Below, piece by piece: positions 56,943 through 64,000 of a stretch of DNA of 64,000 nt. Within the stretch, counting starts at the first letter, position 1; each line of letters starts with the position of its first letter. The notes beneath the pieces were generated by a model. That model saw nothing but the letters and a program-made list of their open reading frames with translations. It was not told the DNA's origin and searched no databases. Source of the stretch: a virus (Duplodnaviria; Caudoviricetes); IMG/VR virus record IMGVR_UViG_3300014204_000169, positions 10,119 through 74,118 of that record. One strand, written 5' to 3'. A program made the translations under genes and the position numbers.

Positions 56943-56968
56943 CATGATTAAGTTATTGTGTATAAATA
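56939..56968 (+). promoter_or_regulatory. Possible promoter for head genes
   Basis: TTGACA-16-TATAAA(TA) between terL and portal. Confidence 0.4.
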
Positions 56969-56994
56969 AATTGAGTACTTTATAAAGGGGTGTT

Positions 56995-58437
56995 ATGCAG
57001 AGAACAAAATTTACTACTAATAAGAGTAAAGACGACAAACTATCTCAGTATAGCACCTTGCTTGCTAGAGTTGATTTATTTAATCGTTTGGGGACTCAGT
57101 ATGCAGGTAAAAGAGATATATACAAAGCTCTTGGGTACCCTACTAATTTAACTTTTGAAGATTATGCTGCACGATATCAAAGGCAAGATATTGCTAAAGC
57201 AATTATTGATCGACCAATAAATGCTGTGTGGCGGGGACAAGTTAAATTATCACAAGGAAAGCGTGATAAAGATACACGCTTTGAAAAAGCGTGGAAAGAA
57301 CTTTGGAAGAAATATCATTTAAAATCTAAATTTATTAGACTTCATAAATTAGCTAATATTGGTCGATATGCTATTTTATTATTTGGATTTAATGATGTTA
57401 AAAGTCCTAATGATTGGCAGAAACCTGTAGGAAAAACCCCTAAACTTATTTATTTAAACCCAATTAGTGAGGGCAATGCCACAATAAGTTCTTTTGATCA
57501 AAAATCTACTAGTGAAAGATTTGGGCTTCCTGAATTTTATAATATCACTCTTTCAAATGATGATATGGATTCTGCCCAAGCAGTTTCAAGGACAATGATT
57601 GTTCATTATACAAGAATACTACATGTAACAAGTGATTTATTAGAATCTGATATATATGGGACGCCTTCATTGCGCCCTGTATATAATAGATTAATGGATC
57701 TTGAAAAACTTGTTGGTGGTTCTGCTGAAATGTTCTGGCGTGGTGCAAGACCTGGGTATACTGGAGAAGTAGATAAAGAACATTTCATGAATGATACAAT
57801 GAAAGCTGATTTAGTTAATCAGTTGGATGAATATGAAAATGAACTTAGGAGATTTTTAATAAATGAAGGTGTAAAAATAACATCATTAGATACACAAATT
57901 TCAGACCCCATAAATCATGTGGGCATCCAGTTACAAATGATATCCGCTGAAAAAGGAATTCCTCTTCGTATATTACTTGGAAGTGAACGTGGGGAATTAG
58001 CTAGTTCAGAAGATAAAAGTAATTGGCTTGAATCTGTTCAAAATATACAGAGTGATGTTGTCGAAGACAGAATACTAAATCCATTTATAGATAAATGTCT
58101 TACTTATAGTATTCTTCCTGATACAAGTGAAAATTATAATTTTATTTGGCCTGATTTATTTGCACCTTCTATAAAAGAACGTGCAGATATTGGAGCCATT
58201 AGAGCAAAAGCTGTAATGTCATATATGAATAATCCCGCTGCTGCTATTGTATGTCCTCCACATATGTTTTATGAATTTATGCTTGGGCTTACTACAGAAG
58301 AAATTAAATATTGGAAAGATACTAATAATTTATCTCCTGAAGCAATATTAGAAGCAATTATTAAGCAAACTCAAGCAACACAAAAAGCTGGTACTGCTCA
58401 GGGCCGTGGAGTAAAAGATTCTAATAAAGGAAAGTAA
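56995..58437 (+). CDS. Portal protein (DUF1073-type)
   Basis: IAKAIIDRP, IHYTRILH, LVGGSAEMFWRGA, IPLRILLGSERGELASSED; position after TerL. Confidence 0.9.
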   Translation: MQRTKFTTNKSKDDKLSQYSTLLARVDLFNRLGTQYAGKRDIYKALGYPTNLTFEDYAARYQRQDIAKAIIDRPINAVWRGQVKLSQGKRDKDTRFEKAWKELWKKYHLKSKFIRLHKLANIGRYAILLFGFNDVKSPNDWQKPVGKTPKLIYLNPISEGNATISSFDQKSTSERFGLPEFYNITLSNDDMDSAQAVSRTMIVHYTRILHVTSDLLESDIYGTPSLRPVYNRLMDLEKLVGGSAEMFWRGARPGYTGEVDKEHFMNDTMKADLVNQLDEYENELRRFLINEGVKITSLDTQISDPINHVGIQLQMISAEKGIPLRILLGSERGELASSEDKSNWLESVQNIQSDVVEDRILNPFIDKCLTYSILPDTSENYNFIWPDLFAPSIKERADIGAIRAKAVMSYMNNPAAAIVCPPHMFYEFMLGLTTEEIKYWKDTNNLSPEAILEAIIKQTQATQKAGTAQGRGVKDSNKGK

Positions 58438-58442
58438 TTATT

Positions 58443-59894
58443 ATGGCTAAAATCGTAACTCACCAATCTTGTATAAAAGCGATTCAAGTTAATGGATACA
58501 CTATTAGAACAGAGATGTTTGAAGGTAAAGAGCACATTGTTGTTCCTGTAGTAATGATGGTAGAAGGGATTCACAATGGGTCTGGTGGACCTGTGTTTCA
58601 TTCTGCTGAAGAATTAGGGCATATAGTACCTTCATGGAATGGTATACCTGTAGTAATTTATCATCCGCAAGACCCTAATGAGAATTATATAAGTGCAAAT
58701 TCTCCTGAAGTATTAGAGAAAGAAAATGTAGGTAGGATTTTTAATGCTTTTATGGATGGAGTTAAGTTAAAAGCGGAAGCTTGGATTGATGTAAATAAAC
58801 TCAGTATAGTTAATCCGCAAACACTCGCTATGTTGAAAAGACAAGAGCCAATAGAAGTTTCCGTAGGTGTATTTACTGATAATAAATATGTAGAAGGTAA
58901 TTGGCATGATGAACATTATACATCTATTGCTACTAATCATAGGCCAGATCATTTAGCGCTTTTACCTGGAGAAGTAGGGGCTTGTTCTATAAAGGACGGT
59001 TGTGGGATAAGAGTTAATAAGAAAGGGGAACAATTGAGTATAAAAGATAATGTTTTGGCTTTACTAAAAGAAGGTTTTATATCCTTCCATGTTAATCAGG
59101 AAGGTTATAGTGAAGTAATGAGTGCAATACAAAGTAAACTAAATAGTATGGATAGTGGTAGCAAATATCATTATCTTGTAGATTGTTTTCCTGATAATTT
59201 TGTTTATTCAGTTAGAGGTAGTGATGATGAGAAACTTTGTAGACAAAATTATTCCGTTGCAAACGATGGTAGTATAGTATTTAATGGAGAAGCAATTAAA
59301 GTAAAAAGAGATGTTAGTTATATAGAAGTTAATAAGTTGGAGGTTAATAAGATGGCAGATGATAAAGATAAGAAATGCAAAGGCTGTCCTGCAAAAGTTT
59401 TGGCCCTGATTGCAAATACTAGTAATCCATATACGGATAATGATCAGGAATTTCTTAACACTCTTGAAGAAGATCGACTTGATCAATTACTCGATATGAC
59501 AAGAACGCTACAAACTAATTCTGATAATATTAAAACACTTCAGATAAATTCGGAGAAACCTGTGACTATTACTAAAGAACAGATTTTAGCAGCTTGTGCG
59601 GGAATGTCTAAAGCAGAGTATCTTGCTTTTGCTCCTGCTGAGATTCGTGAACAGCTTGAGATTGGGGATCGAATGCAAACAAACAAGAAAGCAGAAATTG
59701 TTACTAAAATTACTGCTAATTCCAAAGCTTTTACTAAAGAAGAGCTTGATGGCAAGTCTTTAGTTGAACTTGATAAGATTGCAAGTCTTATTCAAGACCC
59801 AGTTGATTACTCTGGCAATCTTGGAGCTAATTTTAATGTTAATCGTGGAAGTGATAAGGCTATTCCTGTGTTGCTTCCTGGCAACATTCAGTAA
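58443..59894 (+). CDS. Prohead protease/scaffold fusion (DUF2213-type)
   Basis: WNGIPVVIYHP, EVSVG, PDHLALLP..GACSI.DGCG; helical C-terminal scaffold. Confidence 0.85.
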   Translation: MAKIVTHQSCIKAIQVNGYTIRTEMFEGKEHIVVPVVMMVEGIHNGSGGPVFHSAEELGHIVPSWNGIPVVIYHPQDPNENYISANSPEVLEKENVGRIFNAFMDGVKLKAEAWIDVNKLSIVNPQTLAMLKRQEPIEVSVGVFTDNKYVEGNWHDEHYTSIATNHRPDHLALLPGEVGACSIKDGCGIRVNKKGEQLSIKDNVLALLKEGFISFHVNQEGYSEVMSAIQSKLNSMDSGSKYHYLVDCFPDNFVYSVRGSDDEKLCRQNYSVANDGSIVFNGEAIKVKRDVSYIEVNKLEVNKMADDKDKKCKGCPAKVLALIANTSNPYTDNDQEFLNTLEEDRLDQLLDMTRTLQTNSDNIKTLQINSEKPVTITKEQILAACAGMSKAEYLAFAPAEIREQLEIGDRMQTNKKAEIVTKITANSKAFTKEELDGKSLVELDKIASLIQDPVDYSGNLGANFNVNRGSDKAIPVLLPGNIQ

Positions 59895-59919
59895 CTAATA
59901 AATTTGGAGGAAATATATT

Positions 59920-60411
59920 ATGGCTGTTAAGAAAACAATTAAGTTAAAACGGTATAACGAAATTGAGATTGAGCGTCTTGCAGGAGCGGCAATTACACCT
60001 GGCATGATTCTTCAACTTGGTTCGGGCAATACTGTAGTGGCTCATGCAACTGCTGGTGGAAACATCCTTGGAAATATGGTCGCTCTTGAAGATGAGCTTC
60101 AGGGTGGGACTATTGATACGGCTTATGATGCTGCTGATGTAGTAAAAATTGGTATATTTAGAACAGGTGATGTGGTTTATGCAATTCTGACTGATGGTGT
60201 TAGCGTATCCATTGGGGATGCTTTGGAATCTGCTGGCAATGGTATGCTTACTAAACACACAGCAGATATTGAATCTCCTGGTGTTTTGTCTGTTTACCCT
60301 AAACAAATATTTGGTTTCGCTCAGGAAGCAGTAGACACATCTGACTCTTCTGGTGGGGAATCGTCTGGTACGTTAGAGTTTGCTAAACGTATTGCTGTCA
60401 TCGTTGCTTAA
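59920..60411 (+). CDS. Capsid decoration / head cement protein
   Basis: Between protease and MCP; ITPG...LESAGNGML pattern. Confidence 0.7.
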   Translation: MAVKKTIKLKRYNEIEIERLAGAAITPGMILQLGSGNTVVAHATAGGNILGNMVALEDELQGGTIDTAYDAADVVKIGIFRTGDVVYAILTDGVSVSIGDALESAGNGMLTKHTADIESPGVLSVYPKQIFGFAQEAVDTSDSSGGESSGTLEFAKRIAVIVA

Positions 60412-60429
60412 TGAAAGGAATTTATAAAT

Positions 60430-61512
60430 ATGAAGGTTAACACTGATTTTATTGGAAATAATCAAGCTCAAGGAGCTATTGCAACAATGTTGCTTAATAG
60501 TAAAAAGCTTGATGTTGGGAGACTTAGACCTTTTGAATATGATGGGCGTTCCTATGTTTCTATTTATAAAGGTCATGGGGATATCAAAGATGAAAAATTT
60601 TATGATGTTATCCAGGTAAATGCTAATAGCACTCTTAGACGTGAAGAGTGGATGCAGCTTGATAAAGCCTTGCTGGACATCTCTCGTAGTCGTCTTGGTG
60701 GTGTTGAAGATCTTGTTAGTAAAGGACTGACTTATAATCTTGGAAATGCCATGGCTACTACAGTTCTTGAGTACCATGATATTTCTGATTCGATGGAAGC
60801 TGAACTTAGTATGGACGGTGTTACCCGTGGTAATGCAGATCGCCCTGAATATGGTTCTACCTTCTTGCCTATCCCGATTATTCATGTTGATTTTGATATT
60901 AATGCTCGTGCATTAGCTGCTAGTCGTAATATGGGAAATCCGCTTGACACTACGATGGTTGAACAAGCTGGACGTAAGGTTAAAGAGAAATTGGAAGCCA
61001 TGTTGTTTACGGATACTTCTTATGCCGCTTTTGGTGGCACAATTTATAGTTATTTGAATGCTCCTAAACGGAACACAGTAACTAGTTCTACTGTTTGGGA
61101 TGATAGTGCAACTGGAGCACAGATTCTTTCTGATGTTCAGAAAATGAAGAAAGCTTCTATTGCTGCAAAGCATTATGGTCCATGGCAGCTTTACATTCCA
61201 ACTGAATATGAAACACGAATAGATGAGGATTATTCCACTTTGTATCCTGGTGTAACTATTCGTGATCGTATTATGAAACTCAACAACATTATGGGTATTA
61301 AAATTGTTGACACCCTTACTGATGGTAAAGTAGTGATGGTTCAAATGACCAGCGATGTTGTTCGTTTAGTAAATGGTATGGCTATGCAAACCGTTCAGTG
61401 GAAAACTGAAGGTGATATGGTTATTAAATTTAAAGTCATGGCAATTCAGGTTCCTCAGATTCGTAATGATCATGATGGAAATTCTGGATTGACTGTTTTG
61501 ACTTTGACTTAG
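60430..61512 (+). CDS. Major capsid protein (HK97 fold, linocin/encapsulin-like)
   Basis: REEWMQLDKA, PIPIIHVDF.INAR.LAASR; position in head operon. Confidence 0.9.
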   Translation: MKVNTDFIGNNQAQGAIATMLLNSKKLDVGRLRPFEYDGRSYVSIYKGHGDIKDEKFYDVIQVNANSTLRREEWMQLDKALLDISRSRLGGVEDLVSKGLTYNLGNAMATTVLEYHDISDSMEAELSMDGVTRGNADRPEYGSTFLPIPIIHVDFDINARALAASRNMGNPLDTTMVEQAGRKVKEKLEAMLFTDTSYAAFGGTIYSYLNAPKRNTVTSSTVWDDSATGAQILSDVQKMKKASIAAKHYGPWQLYIPTEYETRIDEDYSTLYPGVTIRDRIMKLNNIMGIKIVDTLTDGKVVMVQMTSDVVRLVNGMAMQTVQWKTEGDMVIKFKVMAIQVPQIRNDHDGNSGLTVLTLT

Positions 61513-61558
61513 TTTAATAATAAGGAACTAATCAAGTTCCCAAATTAGGAGCATTATT

Positions 61559-61987
61559 ATGAAACGGAAATCAGCCCGTAGTGAAAAAGAAGTTGTGGAA
61601 GAAGTAGTAGAGATTGAAAAAGATGAAGTTGTACAACCTAAAGTTGTTGTAAAAAGTGTAAAAAGTAAAGATTCTCATGATGGTAAAATTAGATATAAAA
61701 ATAATGGGGGTCTTTTTTACCCTTTGAGTGGACCACCAGTAAAATCTGGTGAAATATTTTGGTCTAGGCCAGGGGATATTCCTTCATCTGTAAAAGATAT
61801 TATTAAAGCTTTAGATCCTATAAAAGAAACCCCTCCTCTAGTGGTAGCAAATCCAGAATATAAAATAACCCCTTGCAATTATGAAGAGGATAAATTTAAT
61901 ATTGTTGATTGCCGTGGAAAAATATTAAATGAAACTGCTTTAGCTGAAGATGCGGCAAAAGTAATGTTGGCCCGTCTTCTGGAGTAA
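61559..61987 (+). CDS. Hypothetical head-associated protein
   Basis: ORF track; AGGAG RBS; follows MCP. Confidence 0.7.
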   Translation: MKRKSARSEKEVVEEVVEIEKDEVVQPKVVVKSVKSKDSHDGKIRYKNNGGLFYPLSGPPVKSGEIFWSRPGDIPSSVKDIIKALDPIKETPPLVVANPEYKITPCNYEEDKFNIVDCRGKILNETALAEDAAKVMLARLLE

Positions 61988-61991
61988 TATT

Positions 61992-62732
61992 ATGCTTTGG
62001 ACTGCTCCAGAAATTTGGAAAGATGGTGAGTGTTTTATTATTGGTGGTGGTCCAAGCATCCCTCAACAATTTAATATCCCAAATGATATTGTTTCTCAGG
62101 TAATGGCAGGAAAACTTCCTGCCTCTACCTATTCCCCTTATTTATCTACAATACATAATAAACATATTATTGGTGTAAATAATGCATATACTTTGGGGAG
62201 TTGGGTAGATGTTTGTTTTTTTGGAGATAATTCTTGGTACTTAGTACATAGATTAGGTATTGCCAAATTTGCAGGGTTAAAAGTTACTTGTTGTAATAGG
62301 TTTGCATATAGATCTATAAAAGATATGGAAGGTATTAAATATCTTGCTAAAGATAAAGAATGCACACAGGGGATTAGTAAAAATAAATCTGCTGTAGCTT
62401 GGAATAATAATAGTGGCGCTGCTGCTATAAGTCTTGCTATTCATTTTGGAGTAAAAAGAATTATATTACTTGGCTTTGATATGACTCTTAGTAAAAATCA
62501 AATGAGTCATTGGTTTGGGACACATAATAGAGAAAAAAAGGTAGTACCCCCATTTTTCCGCCATTTGCGTGGATTTCCTATCATCGCAAAACATGCAAAA
62601 GAGCGTGGGGTAGAAATATTAAACTGTAGTTCAACCAGTGCTATAAAAGACTTCCCAATAATGACAGTTGAAGAGGCACTAAATGATCCCAACAAATCAA
62701 CAATTACTAAATCTGAAGCAATCATTAGTTAA
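61992..62732 (+). CDS. CstII/Maf/MptE-like (DUF115-type) nucleotide-sugar transferase candidate 1
   Basis: FIIGGGPS, IIGVNNAY, VCFFGD, NSGAAAISLAIHFGVKRIILLGFDM. Confidence 0.65.
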   Translation: MLWTAPEIWKDGECFIIGGGPSIPQQFNIPNDIVSQVMAGKLPASTYSPYLSTIHNKHIIGVNNAYTLGSWVDVCFFGDNSWYLVHRLGIAKFAGLKVTCCNRFAYRSIKDMEGIKYLAKDKECTQGISKNKSAVAWNNNSGAAAISLAIHFGVKRIILLGFDMTLSKNQMSHWFGTHNREKKVVPPFFRHLRGFPIIAKHAKERGVEILNCSSTSAIKDFPIMTVEEALNDPNKSTITKSEAIIS

Positions 62733-63348
62733 TAATAAGTTACCAAAGGTATTTGAAGGACAAACCGTATTTATTTATGGTGGAGGACCATCTCTACCTA
62801 ATATAGTAAAAGGGAGGAATATTAATCACCCAATAATAGGCGTAAATCATGCAATATTGCTTGGGGTTAGGATTGATATTTGTTTCTTTGGTGATTCCCG
62901 ATTTTATTGGATTATGAAGGATGATTTTATTAAATATGATATTATTAAAATAAGTTGTGATCGTAGGTCTGGAAAAACAACAGATCTACCAATCCCTGAT
63001 TCTGATACTTCAATTATTAAAATACCCTATAGTAATGGGCATGGGGTTCATATAGATAAAAATAAAATTAACTTTAATTCCTCTTCTGGTGGAGCAGCTA
63101 CAGATTTAGCAATTCATCTTGGGGCATCAAGAATAATTTTAGTTGGGTTTGATATGCGTTGGGTCGATGGAGAATCTAATTGGCATCCACATGCTTTTAG
63201 AAAAACAAATAAACCTTATACTAATTTTATTGTTCCTTTTGATTCCCTTGCAAGACAAGCAAAATTCCGTAATGTTGAAATACTAAATGCAACACCAAAT
63301 AGTTTACTCCCTTATTTTAAGTTCACTAATTTTGAGGAATACTTATGA
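62683..63348 (+). CDS. CstII/Maf/MptE-like (DUF115-type) nucleotide-sugar transferase candidate 2
   Basis: FIYGGGPS, IIGVNHA, ICFFGD, SSGGAATDLAIHLGASRIILVGFDM. Confidence 0.65.
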   Translation: MIPTNQQLLNLKQSLVNNKLPKVFEGQTVFIYGGGPSLPNIVKGRNINHPIIGVNHAILLGVRIDICFFGDSRFYWIMKDDFIKYDIIKISCDRRSGKTTDLPIPDSDTSIIKIPYSNGHGVHIDKNKINFNSSSGGAATDLAIHLGASRIILVGFDMRWVDGESNWHPHAFRKTNKPYTNFIVPFDSLARQAKFRNVEILNATPNSLLPYFKFTNFEEYL

Positions 63349-64000
63349 ACGTAATGACAGAAATAGAAACAATTAAGTATATTTCTGATAATAAATGTTC
63401 TGTTGCCAGGTATGGTGATGGGGAATTTAAACTTTGTATTGGGGCTAGTGCTAAGTCTCAAAAAGCCGATAGGAATATGGCGGAACAAATGAGATTTTTA
63501 TTAAGAGATACCAATAATAAAAATTTACTTGTTTGTATTCCAAGAATTTATGAACCAAGAAGTGATTGGCCTACTCAAGAAAAATGGAACTTTTGGAAAC
63601 AGTTTGCACAACAGTCAAGGTACGTTTCTTTACTTAATACTAGGAAAACCTATGGATCTTCATTTATAACCCGTCCTGATTCATCTGGGCAGAGTTCTGT
63701 GACCTTTTATGAGTCAATTAAAGCTCTTTGGAGTGGAAAAAATGTTTTATTAATAAAAGGTGAAGGAACTGGTTTTGATAAAGATAAATCTATTTTTAGT
63801 ACAGCAAGACGATATGAAACTTTATTAGGTCCAGAAAGAGATTCTTTTTCTATGATTGATAGTTTAGTACATAAAGCAATTTATAGAACTAATGAGGACA
63901 CAGTTATAGTTATCTCTTTAGGACCAACTGCAACATTACTTGCTGAACGGCTATCTAAATTTAGACAAACTTTGGATCTTGGGCATCTTGGGATGTTTTA
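63345..64000 (+). CDS. GT-D fold glycosyltransferase (DUF1792-like); runs off window end
   Basis: Translated by eye (not in track): SVARYGDGEF, LLVCIP, SSFITRPD, LWSGKNVLLIKGE, ISLGPTATLLA, LDLGH. Confidence 0.85.
   Translation, partial: MNVMTEIETIKYISDNKCSVARYGDGEFKLCIGASAKSQKADRNMAEQMRFLLRDTNNKNLLVCIPRIYEPRSDWPTQEKWNFWKQFAQQSRYVSLLNTRKTYGSSFITRPDSSGQSSVTFYESIKALWSGKNVLLIKGEGTGFDKDKSIFSTARRYETLLGPERDSFSMIDSLVHKAIYRTNEDTVIVISLGPTATLLAERLSKFRQTLDLGHLGMF

Larger units (their letters stand above)
1..64000. mobile_element. Tailed bacteriophage genome segment (Caudoviricetes); both ends of window cut through genes
   Basis: Terminase-portal-protease-capsid block, tape measure and tail genes, phage replication/recombination module; no host housekeeping operons. 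Confidence 0.97.

Noticed and set aside
56995-58437. Anti-CBASS Acb1 label often attached to DUF1073 proteins
   Set aside because: No HxT/HxS phosphoesterase motifs seen; length and position fit a portal
60430-61512. Encapsulin/linocin nanocompartment
   Set aside because: Sits in a terminase-portal-protease operon, so it is the phage capsid
1695-62725. Many short opposite-strand ORFs in the track nested in long genes
   Set aside because: No RBS or motifs; fully overlap well-supported CDSs
1-64000. Stop-codon reassignment
   Set aside because: Core genes translate full length with the standard code; TAA, TAG and TGA all end genes
1-64000. tRNA genes, integrase/repressor, DGR, PurZ or 7-deazaguanine modification genes
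   Set aside because: No cloverleaf, recombinase, reverse transcriptase or matching enzyme motifs recognised by eye; a dedicated scan could still find a tRNA

Overview
The whole window is a contiguous piece of an AT-rich (~30% GC by spot counts) tailed-phage (Caudoviricetes) genome, apparently siphovirus-like. No integrase or repressor is visible. Layout: (1) 1-9.6 kb, + strand: end of the tail module (5'-truncated tape measure protein, large tail-tip/fibre protein, holin-like genes, pectate-lyase-type tailspike). A GC-richer ~4.7-9.2 kb block looks recently swapped in. (2) 9.7-52.2 kb, - strand: nucleotide metabolism (MazG-like, ThyA, dCMP deaminase), recombination (split SbcC/Rad50, SbcD, resolvase, RecA, SSB, UvsY-like, SF2 helicase), a self-encoded replisome (split PolA, beta clamp, clamp loader, DnaB, primase, lambda-O-like initiator with internal iterons), a sigma-like factor and many small early genes. 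(3) 52.2-53.3 kb: a divergent, largely non-coding control region. (4) 53.3-64 kb, + strand: DUF5675 lysin candidate, TerS, TerL, portal, protease/scaffold, decoration protein, major capsid, then two CstII/Maf-like genes and a GT-D glycosyltransferase gene. Best leads: the capsid-adjacent glycosyltransferase cassette (candidate virion glycosylation system) and a strongly over-represented pseudo-palindrome TTA(C/G)TAA, extended form TTACTAAACTA, found in coding DNA, intergenic DNA and hairpin loops. All family assignments are from motif recognition by eye; no database search was run.
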